A stretch of DNA of 64,000 bases from Candidatus Binatia bacterium (GTDB taxonomy: Bacteria; Desulfobacterota; Binatia; UBA9968; JAJDTQ01). Under the pieces are notes generated by a model, which saw only the letters and a program-made list of their open reading frames with translations, did not search any database and was not told where the DNA came from. Both the position numbers and the translations under genes were made by a program. The stretch is from assembly GCA_963666515.2 (NCBI GenBank), contig OY762897.2:3296001-3360000 (forward strand), in the 5' to 3' direction. Shown piece by piece: positions 23,318 through 33,156 of the stretch; position 1 is the stretch's first letter; each line of letters starts with the position of its first letter.

Positions 23318-24271
23318 TCAGACCGTCAACCCGCACCCCTCGAACGCCTCCCTGGTGCGCTCCTTCTCTTCCTCGGTAAGCTGGAGGAACGGCGGGCGGG
23401 TGGGGCCGCCGACCTGTCCCAGGAGTTCCTGCCAGTATTTCTGATGAGCATGGGGCTTGCCGCCGGGACGGGACGACGACAAGGCCTCGCGGACGGGGTC
23501 CAGGCTGTCGCGGACCTGGCGGGCCTTCTCGGCCTGGCCGTCGAAGGCGAGTTGGGTGTACTCGTGCATGCGCCGGTCGTTCGCGGTCTGGAGCAGGTAG
23601 GGCGGCGAGGAGCACAGGTAGAGTTGCCAGCCCAGCTCCACGATGTTGTCGAGCCATTCCTCCTCCGAGGCGGTGCTGACGATGAGCCGGTCTCCGGCCA
23701 GCCGGGTCAGGTCGGCGTACATGGGTCGCGGCACCGAGTACTTGATGGCCACGACGTTGGGCAGCTCGGCCATCCGCGCGCACAACTCCGGGCTCATCAG
23801 GTAGCCGGAGTCCGGGTGGCTCCACATGGCGATGCCGATGTCCACCCGGTCGCACACGGCCTTGTAGTAGTTGTAGATCGTGTCGTCCCGGTCGCTGATG
23901 AAGTGCAGCATGGGGGCGTGCACCACGATGTAGTCGGCGCCCACGGCCTCGGCGTGGCGCGCCAGCTCCACCACCGTGTCGAAGTTCTGGTCCGAGCAGG
24001 ACATGATGGTGCCGGCCTTGTCGCCGGTCTCCTCCACGGCGATCTCGAAGTTGCGCTTGCGCTCTTCCAACGACATGGAGAAGAACTCTCCCTGCTTGCC
24101 GGCGATGAACAGCCCCTGGATCGCCAGGTCGTCGATCCAGTGCCGGATGTTGCGCCGCAGCCCTTCCTCGTTGAACGAGAAGTCCTCGTTGAAGGGGTTC
24201 ATGGCCGCGGCCCAGACGCCCTTCATGTTCTCGCGGGCGTAGTCCTTGGCGTCGAGCTTCGAGTATTTCAT
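23318..24271 (-). CDS. Dihydrodipicolinate synthase/N-acetylneuraminate lyase family protein
   Basis: GKQGEFFSMSLEER, ARHAEAVGAD, NVVAIKYS (Schiff-base Lys). Confidence 0.85.
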   Translation of the reverse strand: MKYSKLDAKDYARENMKGVWAAAMNPFNEDFSFNEEGLRRNIRHWIDDLAIQGLFIAGKQGEFFSMSLEERKRNFEIAVEETGDKAGTIMSCSDQNFDTVVELARHAEAVGADYIVVHAPMLHFISDRDDTIYNYYKAVCDRVDIGIAMWSHPDSGYLMSPELCARMAELPNVVAIKYSVPRPMYADLTRLAGDRLIVSTASEEEWLDNIVELGWQLYLCSSPPYLLQTANDRRMHEYTQLAFDGQAEKARQVRDSLDPVREALSSSRPGGKPHAHQKYWQELLGQVGGPTRPPFLQLTEEEKERTREAFEGCGLTV

Positions 24272-24295
24272 GGCGGGTCCGTTCGGCCCCGGCCG

Positions 24296-24766
24296 CTATT
24301 TGCCGGCCAGCAGCTTGGGCCAGTTGACATCGCCCTTGGCGATGTTGCCCGGGATGTCCTGAGACCACTGGTCCCGGACGCCCAGGCTGTAGTTGAGGTA
24401 GAGGGCGCCGTCCACGATGCTCCACGCATCCGGGTCGATGGATGCGGTATAGCCCCGGCTCACCGCGAACGCGCAGTATCCGCCGTACCTGGGCGCGTAT
24501 TTCTCGGGGTCGGCCTTGAAGAGGCCCCTGTTCTCGGCGCTCGCGAACGACCAGGTGGCCCCCTTCCATTCCAGCCGGTGCGCCCTCTTGCCCTTAACCG
24601 GCTTTCCATCGGTGTGGTAGGCCACGGGATCGTATCCGCGGATGGCACCGCCCAGATAGGTCGAGAACACCGGGTCGAGGGCCCAGGCCGTGCCCGCGGT
24701 CCCCGCCAGGACTGCCGTGAAGAGCACGGGAATGACCGCGAGTCGGATTCGCCTGTTGAAATGCAT
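24296..24766 (-). CDS. Secreted YHS-domain protein
   Basis: Signal peptide, AIRGYDPVAY, FASAENR..F.ADPEKYAPRYGGYCAFA, IVDGALYLNY. Confidence 0.88.
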   Translation of the reverse strand: MHFNRRIRLAVIPVLFTAVLAGTAGTAWALDPVFSTYLGGAIRGYDPVAYHTDGKPVKGKRAHRLEWKGATWSFASAENRGLFKADPEKYAPRYGGYCAFAVSRGYTASIDPDAWSIVDGALYLNYSLGVRDQWSQDIPGNIAKGDVNWPKLLAGK

Positions 24767-24851
24767 GGATACCTCCGGAACCCCTGAAGGCGGTAGAGCC
24801 CATTTCAGCCCATTCCGGGCGAGTTTGCAACACGCGTTACGGATCACGATC

Positions 24852-24882
24852 ACGGTGTAGGGGCGACCCGCGGTCGTCCCCT
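24852..24882 (+). repeat. GTAG-type REP-like palindrome
   Basis: gtaggggcgacccgcggtcgtccc; 17-bp match in reverse at 44099-44115 and acggtgtaggggcg repeated at 60284. Confidence 0.65.
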
Positions 24883-24946
24883 GCACATCGCTGGGGCATA
24901 TCGCGTCGCTCCGCTCAGGACGAACGGATGCAGGAATGGAAGTGAA

Positions 24947-25023
24947 TGGTCGGGGCGACTGGATTTGAACCAGCGACTTCACGGACCCGAACCGTGCGCT
25001 CTACCAGGCTGAGCCACGCCCCG
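24947..25023 (-). tRNA. tRNA-Pro (anticodon CGG)
   Basis: CGGGGCG acceptor stem, CACGG-TTCGGGT-CCGTG anticodon arm, GGTTCAAATCC T-loop, encoded CCA. Confidence 0.96.
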
Positions 25024-25088
25024 ACACTCGGTTGGACTGAATCTCGGCTAGTCTCTAGAAACCTAACACAGGATCGGTACGAGGTAAA

Positions 25089-26528
25089 TCACGCAGCCGC
25101 CGGAAGCCTGCTCATCCGAGCGGCGAAGAAACCGTCGGTGTCGTGGCGGTGCGGGAGCGCGAGGAGGTAGCGTCCGGCGGTCATGGGGCGCATGGATTCC
25201 GGGAGGTGGGCGCCGGCGACCTCGACTGCGAAGTCGCCGTGACGCTCCAGGAAGCCCTCCACCACCTGTTCGTTCTCGACGCGGGAAAGGGTGCAGGTGG
25301 CGTAGACGAGCACCCCGCCGGGGCGCACCCGGAGGGCGGCCTGATCCAGTATCCGCGCCTGCAGCGCGGCGAGACGCCGGAGGTCCCGTCCTGTACGCCG
25401 CCAGCGGATCTCCGGGTGCGCGCGCAAGGTGCCCAGGCCCGAGCACGGTGCGTCCACCAGCACGCGATGAAAGGCGCCGGGTTCTCCGGGAAGGGCTTCG
25501 GTCGCGTCACCGACCTCGGGACGGATGCAATCGAGCCCCAGGCGGCGGGCGTTCTCGGCCAGCCTCGCGAGCCCGCGCTCCGAGACGTCGCAGGCGACGA
25601 TCTCCCCCCGGCCGTCCATCAGTTCCGCCATGTGCGTCGTCTTCCCGCCGGGGGCGGCGCATACGTCGAGCACCCGCATCCCCGGCCTGGGATCGACCAG
25701 GAGACCCACCGCCTGGGAGGCCTCTCCCTGCACCTGGCACAACCCCTGGCGGAACTCCGCCAGCTCCGCCGGCGACGCCGACCCGCGCAGGCGCACCGCG
25801 GCCGGCGACCACCCGCCGGGACGGGCATCGACCCCGCCGGCGCACAGCCGCTGCACCAGCGCGTCGCGGGTGATCCGCAGGCGGTTGGCGCGCAGCACCA
25901 GCGGCGCTTCCCGGTTGTTGGCTTCCATGAGCCGCCGGCTTTCCCCGGCGCCGAACTGCTCCCGCCACATCTCGATGAGCCACGGCGGGTGAGACACCAG
26001 GGCGGCCATTTCCTCGACGGTCCCGGACGCTGCCGCAGGGGACATCGAGCGTTCCTTGACCTCGGCAGCGTCTGCCGCAGCCATTTCCTCGGCCGTCCCG
26101 GACGCTGCCGGCGGAGACCATGCATCGCGCTCCCGGCGCGCGATCTCCCGCAAGACCGCGTTGACCAGCCGCGCCTTCCCCGGCCCGGCGCGTCTCCGGG
26201 TCAACGCCACCAACTCGTTGACGGTGGCGTAGGCGGGGACCCGATCCAGGAAGAGAAGCTCGTAGGCCCCCAGCCGGAGCAGGTTTCGGACCACCGGGTC
26301 GAGGTCGTGCAGGGGTTTCCGCAGCAGGCGGCCGAGCACCCAGTCGAGGCGCCCGCGCCAGCGCAGGACGCCGTAGACGGTGCGGGTGAGCAGCGCGCCG
26401 TCGGCCTGCGGCAGGGCCGCCTCCTCCAGCCGCGCGTTCAGCAGCACGTCGGCATAGGCCTTCCGCCGCTCGACGCGGTCCAGGATGGCGAGGGCGATCT
26501 CACGCGGGTTTGTGGTGTGCCGGGTCAC
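25089..26528 (-). CDS. rsmB: 16S rRNA m5C967 methyltransferase RsmB (start approximate)
   Basis: NusB-like N-terminus, SHP.W, VLDVCAAPGGKT, DAPCSGLG, YATCTL, TDGFF; downstream of fmt. Confidence 0.92.
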   Translation of the reverse strand: MTRHTTNPREIALAILDRVERRKAYADVLLNARLEEAALPQADGALLTRTVYGVLRWRGRLDWVLGRLLRKPLHDLDPVVRNLLRLGAYELLFLDRVPAYATVNELVALTRRRAGPGKARLVNAVLREIARRERDAWSPPAASGTAEEMAAADAAEVKERSMSPAAASGTVEEMAALVSHPPWLIEMWREQFGAGESRRLMEANNREAPLVLRANRLRITRDALVQRLCAGGVDARPGGWSPAAVRLRGSASPAELAEFRQGLCQVQGEASQAVGLLVDPRPGMRVLDVCAAPGGKTTHMAELMDGRGEIVACDVSERGLARLAENARRLGLDCIRPEVGDATEALPGEPGAFHRVLVDAPCSGLGTLRAHPEIRWRRTGRDLRRLAALQARILDQAALRVRPGGVLVYATCTLSRVENEQVVEGFLERHGDFAVEVAGAHLPESMRPMTAGRYLLALPHRHDTDGFFAARMSRLPAAA

Positions 26529-26562
26529 AAGCAGGCAGGCTTGGCGGCGTGCGGACAGGACA

Positions 26563-27513
26563 CTACGCCGGAGGTCCCTCGAACCGCGCCCCCGCTTGAA
26601 TTCCGGCGCCCCGGAGGAAGGCTGCCACCGGCAGGCGCTGGCGGCCCTCCATCTGCAACTCGGTGAGACGCAGCACGCCCGCGCCGGTGGCGACCGATAT
26701 ACCGTCCGCGCCGGCCCGCACCACGGTTCCCGGTGCGTCCGCACCCTGCGCCCGGTCCGCCGGCGCCGGCCTTGCGCCATGCACCTTGACGCGCTTGCCG
26801 CGCCAGTAGCTGAACGCCGAGGGCCAGGGGGTGAAGGCGCGGATGCGCCGCTCGATCTCCTGCGCCGGCCGCGTCCAGTCGATCATTCCGTCGTCCTTCC
26901 TGAGCATGGGAGCGAAGGTGACGGCCGAGGGGTCCTGCGGGCGCGGCGTGAGCGAGCCCCGTTCGACTCCGGCCACGGTCGCCGCCAGCAGCCGCGCGCC
27001 GACCGGAACGAGCTTGGCCTCCAGCGAGGCCGCGGTCTCGTCCGGGGCCAGGGCGACCTCTTCCGCCAGCAGGACCGGGCCGGCGTCCATCTCCGCCACG
27101 AGCTGCATGGTGGTCACCCCGGTGACCGCCTCCCCCCGGAGTATGGCCCACTGCATGGGGGCCGCGCCGCGGTACCGGGGCAACAGCGAGTAGTGGACGT
27201 TGATGCAGCCCAGGGGCGGCAGGTCCAGGATCGCCTGGGGCAGGATTCGCCCGTAGGCCACCACCACCACGAGGTCCGGACGCCAGCCCCGGAGCCGTTC
27301 CAGCAGGCCGGGATCTTTCATCTTCCGGGGCGTCAGCACCGGAATGCCGGCCTCCCCGGCCCTTCGCCGCACCGGCGAGGGTGTGGTGGCCTGGCCGCGC
27401 CCGGCGGGACGGTCGGGCTGGGTCATCACGCCCACCACCTCATGCGGGCCGCGGAGCAGGGTTTCGAGCGACGACGCCGCCGAGGCCGGCGTCCCCATGA
27501 AGACGATACGCAT
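26563..27513 (-). CDS. fmt: Methionyl-tRNA formyltransferase
   Basis: MRIVFMGTP, TQPDRPAGRG, INVHYSLLPRYRGAAP, MDAGP. Confidence 0.96.
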   Translation of the reverse strand: MRIVFMGTPASAASSLETLLRGPHEVVGVMTQPDRPAGRGQATTPSPVRRRAGEAGIPVLTPRKMKDPGLLERLRGWRPDLVVVVAYGRILPQAILDLPPLGCINVHYSLLPRYRGAAPMQWAILRGEAVTGVTTMQLVAEMDAGPVLLAEEVALAPDETAASLEAKLVPVGARLLAATVAGVERGSLTPRPQDPSAVTFAPMLRKDDGMIDWTRPAQEIERRIRAFTPWPSAFSYWRGKRVKVHGARPAPADRAQGADAPGTVVRAGADGISVATGAGVLRLTELQMEGRQRLPVAAFLRGAGIQAGARFEGPPA

Positions 27514-27535
27514 GTGTGTGGACGGGTGGCGGGAG

Positions 27536-28072
27536 TCAGATGACGACGCCGCGGTTCTCCGGCAGCTCCTTGCCGGTGCGGATGGACTTCTTGAGCTTGC
27601 GCACGTAGAGGTCGCGCTTGAGCCGGCTGATGCGGTCGATGAAGAGCTTGCCGTCGAGATGGTCGATCTCGTGCTGCAGCGCCACGGCCAGGAGCCCGTC
27701 CGCGTCGATCTCCACCTCCTCGCCGTTCTCGTCGTATCCCGACACCGCCACCCGCTCGGCCCGCCTTACCTCCGCGGTGAACTCCACCACGCTGAGGCAG
27801 CCCTCCTCGAAGACGACCTCTCCCTCGGCCTCGCGAATCACCGGGTTGACCAGCTTGATGACGTTGGCGCCGCGGTTCTCGTGATCGAGGTCCAGGACGA
27901 TGATGCGCCGGGACACCCCCACCTGGGGCGCGGCCAGACCGATCCCCGGCGCCGCGTACATGGTCTCCAGCATGTCGTCGATGAACTCGGCGACTTGGCC
28001 GGTGATGGCCTCCACCGGCCGCGCCGGCGCGCGCAGGACCGGGTCGGGAAACTTGAGAATGTCGAGGATCAT
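27536..28072 (-). CDS. def: Peptide deformylase
   Basis: GIGLAAPQVG, EGCLSV, QHEIDHLDG. Confidence 0.97.
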   Translation of the reverse strand: MILDILKFPDPVLRAPARPVEAITGQVAEFIDDMLETMYAAPGIGLAAPQVGVSRRIIVLDLDHENRGANVIKLVNPVIREAEGEVVFEEGCLSVVEFTAEVRRAERVAVSGYDENGEEVEIDADGLLAVALQHEIDHLDGKLFIDRISRLKRDLYVRKLKKSIRTGKELPENRGVVI

Positions 28073-28109
28073 GTCTTCACTGGGGGCTGCGCTGCCGTTT
28101 TCACAGGAT

Positions 28110-30335
28110 TCATAACATGTTGTACGGATCCACATCAACGTGGATACGGGTGGCCCTGCCCCTGGGCGCGAGCGCCACGGCGCGCCGGGCCAGGGCCAGG
28201 AGCGCCGGCCGGCTCTTCCCCTTCAGCAGGATCTGCCAGCGGTAGCGGTTGCGCAACCTGGCAATGGGCGCCGGCGCCGGACCGAGGATCTCCAGCGGCG
28301 CCGGCGTCCTCTCGCGCCGGAGCGCCCGGGCCAGGTCGCGGGCGCCGCGCGCCACCTTGTCCTCGTCGGTCCCGTCGAGACGCAGGTGCACCAGGTGCTG
28401 GAACGGCGGGTAGCCCAACTCGCGGCGGAACGCGGTCTCGGTGGCGAAGAACGACGGGTAGTCGTGCAGCCTGGCGTGGTCGAAGCAGTAGTGGCCCGGC
28501 ACCAGCGTCTGCACGATGACGCGGCCGGGCTGCCGCGCGCGCCCCGCCCGGCCGGCCACCTGGCTGATGATCTGGAACGTCTTCTCCGCGGCGCGGAAGT
28601 CGGGGAGGTTCAGCGAGGAGTCGGCCAGCACCACCCCGACGAGGGTGACGCCGCCCACGTCGTGTCCCTTGGCCACCATCTGGGTGCCCACCAGGACGTC
28701 GAGATCACCCTTCTCCCACGACCGGAAGATCCGTTCCTGGGCGCCCCGGCTGCCGGTGGTGTCCCGGTCCATGCGCCCGATGCGGGCCTTGGGCAAGAGC
28801 CGCCGCAGCTCGTGCTCGATCCTTTCCGTGCCGAAGCCCACCTCGCTCAGGGACAGGTTGCCGCACGCGGGGCAGGCGTCCGGCTTGCGTTGGCGGAAGC
28901 CGCAGTGGTGGCAGAACGTGCCGTTGCGCCCGAGGTGGTAGGTGAGGGTGATGCTGCAGCGCGGACACCGGAACACGAAGCCGCAGGACCAGCACTGGAG
29001 GAACGACGCGAAACCGCGCCGGTTGAGGAACACCAAGCTCTGCCGGCCGCGCTCGTGGTTCTCCTGGAGCGCGCGCAGGAGCGGGGCGGAAAAGAGCCGG
29101 TCCACGGCCGACGGCTCGGGCGCGGTCTTGACGTCGACGATCTCGACGCGGGGCATGGGCCGGGCCTGCACCCGTTCGGTGAGCTCCAGCATGCGGTACC
29201 GGCCGCTGCGGGCGTTGTGATAGCTCTCCACCGACGGCGTGGCCGACCCCAGGATCACCGGACACCCGACGATGCGTCCGCGCACCACCGCCAGGTCGCG
29301 TCCGTGGTAGCGGACCCCCTCCTCCTGCTTGTAGCTGGTGTCGTGCTCTTCATCGACCACGATGAGCCCGAGATCCCGCACCGGGGCGAAGACCGCGGAG
29401 CGGGCGCCCGCCACCACCTTCACCGCGCCGTGGGCGATGCGCCACCAGTGACGCCACCGCTCCGCCGCGCTGAGGCCGCTGTGGAGCACGGCCACGTCGC
29501 CCGGAAAGCGCCCCTCCAGACGGTCCAGCAACTGGGGGGTCAGGGCTATTTCCGGCACCAGGATCAGGCTTTGCCGGCCCTGCCGGCGCACCTGCTCCAT
29601 GGCCCGGAGGTAGACCTCGGTCTTGCCGCTGCCGGTGACGCCGTGGAGCAGCAGGGTCTCGAAGCCGCCCTCGCCGAGGCGCGGCCCCATGGCCCGGAGC
29701 ACCTGCTCCTGCTCTTCGGTGAGCACGGGAGCGCGGCCGGCGGCCGCGGCGCCGGCGGCCTTTTCCGGCCGGGGCTGCCGCTTGCGCCGGGCCTCGCGCA
29801 CGTGGCCCCGGAGCCGGTCTTCCATCGCCACGGCCCCGGCCCCGGCCAACCGGTCCAGGGCCGCCCTGACGCCCCGGCGCGGGAACAGGCGGCTCAGCGC
29901 CGCCGGCGTCATCGGTCCGCGGCGCCGCACCGCATCCAGCACCTCCCGGTCCAGGGTTCCATGGAGGCTTTCCGGTTCCCGGGCAAAAGCCGCCACCAGC
30001 CGGCTTTCGGTGCGCAGCAGCGGCGGCAACGCCGCGGCCAGCACCTCCCCCAGGGAGGCGACGTAGTAGTCCGCGGCCCAGCGGCACAAGTCCAGGAACG
30101 CCGGATCCAGGAGCGCCTCGTCGTCCAGCGCCTCGGCGACCTGCTTGACCCCGGCCACGGGTGACTTCCGCTGGAACCCCACCACCACTCCGGTGACGCG
30201 CCGCCGGCCCAGCGGCACCAGCACCCGCATACCCACTTCGAGGCGCCCGTCCAGAGCCTCGGGCACGGCATAGGTCAAAGGCTCCTGGAGCGGCGCCGGC
30301 ACCGCCACCAGGGCAAATCTGTCGCTCTGCTCCAT
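28110..30335 (-). CDS. priA: Primosomal protein N'
   Basis: GVTGSGKTEVY, DEEHDTSYKQ, Cys-rich zinc region, GTQMVAKGHD, QVAGRAGR. Confidence 0.96.
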   Translation of the reverse strand: MEQSDRFALVAVPAPLQEPLTYAVPEALDGRLEVGMRVLVPLGRRRVTGVVVGFQRKSPVAGVKQVAEALDDEALLDPAFLDLCRWAADYYVASLGEVLAAALPPLLRTESRLVAAFAREPESLHGTLDREVLDAVRRRGPMTPAALSRLFPRRGVRAALDRLAGAGAVAMEDRLRGHVREARRKRQPRPEKAAGAAAAGRAPVLTEEQEQVLRAMGPRLGEGGFETLLLHGVTGSGKTEVYLRAMEQVRRQGRQSLILVPEIALTPQLLDRLEGRFPGDVAVLHSGLSAAERWRHWWRIAHGAVKVVAGARSAVFAPVRDLGLIVVDEEHDTSYKQEEGVRYHGRDLAVVRGRIVGCPVILGSATPSVESYHNARSGRYRMLELTERVQARPMPRVEIVDVKTAPEPSAVDRLFSAPLLRALQENHERGRQSLVFLNRRGFASFLQCWSCGFVFRCPRCSITLTYHLGRNGTFCHHCGFRQRKPDACPACGNLSLSEVGFGTERIEHELRRLLPKARIGRMDRDTTGSRGAQERIFRSWEKGDLDVLVGTQMVAKGHDVGGVTLVGVVLADSSLNLPDFRAAEKTFQIISQVAGRAGRARQPGRVIVQTLVPGHYCFDHARLHDYPSFFATETAFRRELGYPPFQHLVHLRLDGTDEDKVARGARDLARALRRERTPAPLEILGPAPAPIARLRNRYRWQILLKGKSRPALLALARRAVALAPRGRATRIHVDVDPYNML

Positions 30336-30494
30336 CTTCCCGGATTATTGATGAGACGGCGTCAGAATGCCACGTCTTTGACGCTGCTGGTGGATCTCAA
30401 TCACCACGCCACGAGCAAACCTGCCGTTCGATACGATTCAGTCCCCGCCGGCGGGCGCCGGGGATTGGCCCGCGATTTGCGTCTACCACGGTCC

Positions 30495-31508
30495 ATGGGC
30501 CGCCTTTTCCCCTTTGGACGAACGCGAAGCTGGTTCGCGGTGGACGTGGGCTCCAGCTCCGTCAAGATCGCCGAGGCCGTGGGCGCGCGCGGCGGCGCGC
30601 GGGTCCTGCGGGCCGCCGTGCTCCCGACCCCGGCCGGGGCGGTGGAGAACGGGCTCGTGCGCCGGGTCGAGGCGCTTGGCAGCGCGATACGGGAATTTGC
30701 CGGACCGGCCCGCGGAAAGCCGCACCGGGCCGTGGCGTCGATCCCGGGCCGGAGGGTTATCATCAAGCGGTTGCGGCTATCCCGCCGGGACACGGCCAAC
30801 CTCGACCCGGCGGTCGAGTTCGAAGCCATGGACGCCATCCCCGAGGAGCTGGACAACGTCAACCTCGACTACCACGTCATCGGGCCGTCGGATGACGGCG
30901 ACGGGCTGGAGGTGCTGCTGGTCGCCGCCAGGAAGACCCTGGTGGCGAACTACGTCGATCTCATGGAGGCCGCCGGCCTGGTTGCGGCCGTCGTGGACGT
31001 GGACCACTTCGCCCTCCGGTCCGGCGGCGCGCGCGAAGGCGCCGACGTGCTGGTCCACGTGGGCGCGTGCACCACCACGGTGCACGTCCCCGCGGGCGAC
31101 CCTCCCGGCTACACCACGGACCTGCCTCTGGGCGGCGAGCGGTTCACCGAGAGTCTGGCCGAACGGCTTGGCGTCTCCCGTGACGAGGCCGAGGCCGTCA
31201 AGTGCAACGGGCCGTCGCCGGAGGCCGCCGGCCTGCTGAACGTCCTGTGCGACGAATTCGCCGCGAAGGTGGAGCGCAGCCTCGACCTGTTGGGCGTGCG
31301 CGGCGAGGGGACCGGACCGCGCCGGGTGTCCCTGAGCGGAGGCAGCGCGTTGCTGCCCGGTCTCGGCCCGAGCCTGACCCGAGCCCTGAAGGCCGAGGTC
31401 CGGGTCTGCGGACCCGTTTTCGGCGGAGACCGGGGATCGGAGGACATCCATGCGGGACCGGCTTTTGCCCTGGTGGCCGGTCTGCTGACGCGGAGTCCGT
31501 TCGAATAG
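30495..31508 (+). CDS. pilM: Type IV pilus assembly protein PilM
   Basis: VDVGSSSVK actin-like motif, VNLDYHVI, EVLLVAARK, VVDVD, LSGGSALL. Confidence 0.8.
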   Translation: MGRLFPFGRTRSWFAVDVGSSSVKIAEAVGARGGARVLRAAVLPTPAGAVENGLVRRVEALGSAIREFAGPARGKPHRAVASIPGRRVIIKRLRLSRRDTANLDPAVEFEAMDAIPEELDNVNLDYHVIGPSDDGDGLEVLLVAARKTLVANYVDLMEAAGLVAAVVDVDHFALRSGGAREGADVLVHVGACTTTVHVPAGDPPGYTTDLPLGGERFTESLAERLGVSRDEAEAVKCNGPSPEAAGLLNVLCDEFAAKVERSLDLLGVRGEGTGPRRVSLSGGSALLPGLGPSLTRALKAEVRVCGPVFGGDRGSEDIHAGPAFALVAGLLTRSPFE

Positions 31509-31531
31509 GCGCGTCGATGACCGTTCCGGCG

Positions 31532-32101
31532 ATGATTCGCATCAACCTGCTGCCGACGCGGCAAACGCGGGCGCAAAGACGCAGACGCCGGACGGTCACG
31601 GCCGGCGCCGCGGCGCTCTGCCTCGCCGGCGTCGCGCTGGCCGCGGTCAACGTCTCGCAATGCCGCCGGCAGGCCGCGCTGGAGTCCGGCCTGACCGAAA
31701 GCCGGCGCGTCGCCGACGGGCTTCGTATCGAGACCGAGGTCCTGAAGGAGCTGGAAGATCAGGTCCTGCGACGGCGACGGAACAACGAGGCCGTCAAGGC
31801 GTGGCTCCGGCAACGGGCGCGGCATCCCCGCATCCTGCGCGACCTCTCGGCCGCGGCGCCGGAGCGGTTGTGGCTGACCCGCTACGCAGAATCCGGGGGC
31901 ACGACGATCCTCGAAGGCCGCGCCACCGACGACGAGTCCATCGCGCGGTTCCTGCGCAGCCTCTCCCGCGTCTTCAAGAGCGCGCAGCTCATGCAAGCGG
32001 GCAAGGCCGCCGGGGAGGAGGATCTGAGGCGCTTCGTGATCCACGCCGGAGACGCGCCGGCGCCGGACGCCGCCCCGCCCCAGAGCCGGAAGGACGGTTG
32101 A
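31532..32101 (+). CDS. pilN: Type IV pilus assembly protein PilN
   Basis: MIRINLLP motif, TM helix, coiled coil, PERLWLT. Confidence 0.85.
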   Translation: MIRINLLPTRQTRAQRRRRRTVTAGAAALCLAGVALAAVNVSQCRRQAALESGLTESRRVADGLRIETEVLKELEDQVLRRRRNNEAVKAWLRQRARHPRILRDLSAAAPERLWLTRYAESGGTTILEGRATDDESIARFLRSLSRVFKSAQLMQAGKAAGEEDLRRFVIHAGDAPAPDAAPPQSRKDG

Positions 32102-32108
32102 ACCGATC

Positions 32109-33092
32109 ATGGGATATTACCTCGACCTCCTGCTCGACCGCCCCCTCGCCCAGCGCGTGGCGCTCATCGCCGGGCTGGTGCTGGCGCTTGCGGCGGCGGA
32201 CTATGCTCTGGTCCACCGCCGCCAAGCCGCCCGGATCGCCCGCATCACCGAAGACCTCGACCGCTCCCGCCTGCGGGAGGCTCGCGCACGCTCGGAGTTG
32301 CGCCGCCTGCCGCAACTCCGCCGGGAGGCCGCGGCGCTGCAACGCGAGTTGCGCTCGCGGCTTCCCCGCGGGACTGGCCCGCCGACGCCCCTGGAAGCCA
32401 TTTCAGCCCGAGCGGCCGCGGCCGGACTCGACGTGGTCCGCTTCCAACCCGGCGCCGCCCGCGCCGGGGAGCACTACACCGAGACGGTCGTGGAAGTGGA
32501 TCTCGTGGGGCGCTTCCACGACCTGCTGAGATTCTTCGAGTCGTCCGAGGAACCACGCGACCCGTTGACGGCCGCGAATCTGGCGATCGAGTCGCTACCG
32601 TCCGAGGACGGCCGCACCATGCTTCGCGTCACGCTGGAGATGGCGGCGCTCCGGATGCCCGGCCCGGAACCGGACACGGCTAAGGGGGAAAACGCGGTTT
32701 CGGAGCCCGGCACGGCCACAAGTCCGCTGCTGGGCAAGGCCGACGCCCGACTCCCGCCGCGGGACCCGTTTCAACCGTACAGGCCTCCGTCGCCGCCGGA
32801 GCCGGAGCCCGAACCGGAGGCGGCCGGGGACCAGCCGCACGAGCCCCTTCCGGCGCCGCGCTTCCACGCCGTCGGCATCGTATGGGGGACGCAGAGCGCG
32901 GTGGCCCTGGTGAAGGATGCCGACGGCTTCAGGCACCTGGTCCAACCCGGCGCCCTCCTGGACGGCCACCCCTACCGCGTCAAGGCCATCAACCCATGCG
33001 AAGTCATCATGGAAACCGCCGGCGACGATCCGGCCACCCGCGAGACCCGCCTGAAGTTGGCGCGGTGCGGCGCCTACCAGGGTTCGGAATAA
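32109..33092 (+). CDS. PilO-PilP fusion-like protein
   Basis: PilO-like N-terminus (TM, coiled coil, GRFHDLLRF) then PilP-like RDPF and GIVWG...ALVKDADG. Confidence 0.65.
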   Translation: MGYYLDLLLDRPLAQRVALIAGLVLALAAADYALVHRRQAARIARITEDLDRSRLREARARSELRRLPQLRREAAALQRELRSRLPRGTGPPTPLEAISARAAAAGLDVVRFQPGAARAGEHYTETVVEVDLVGRFHDLLRFFESSEEPRDPLTAANLAIESLPSEDGRTMLRVTLEMAALRMPGPEPDTAKGENAVSEPGTATSPLLGKADARLPPRDPFQPYRPPSPPEPEPEPEAAGDQPHEPLPAPRFHAVGIVWGTQSAVALVKDADGFRHLVQPGALLDGHPYRVKAINPCEVIMETAGDDPATRETRLKLARCGAYQGSE

Positions 33093-33156
33093 GCGTGAAC
33101 AAAGGGATTCCAACCGAAGGCCCGGTGAGGGTCCGCTCGAGGAACTCGCCTCGCCG

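Noticed and set aside
14250-25023. Genomic island integrated at tRNA-Pro with the tyrosine recombinase as integrase
   Set aside because: The recombinase is about 5.7 kb from the tRNA, I saw no duplicated tRNA 3' end (att site), and no other mobility genes are present.
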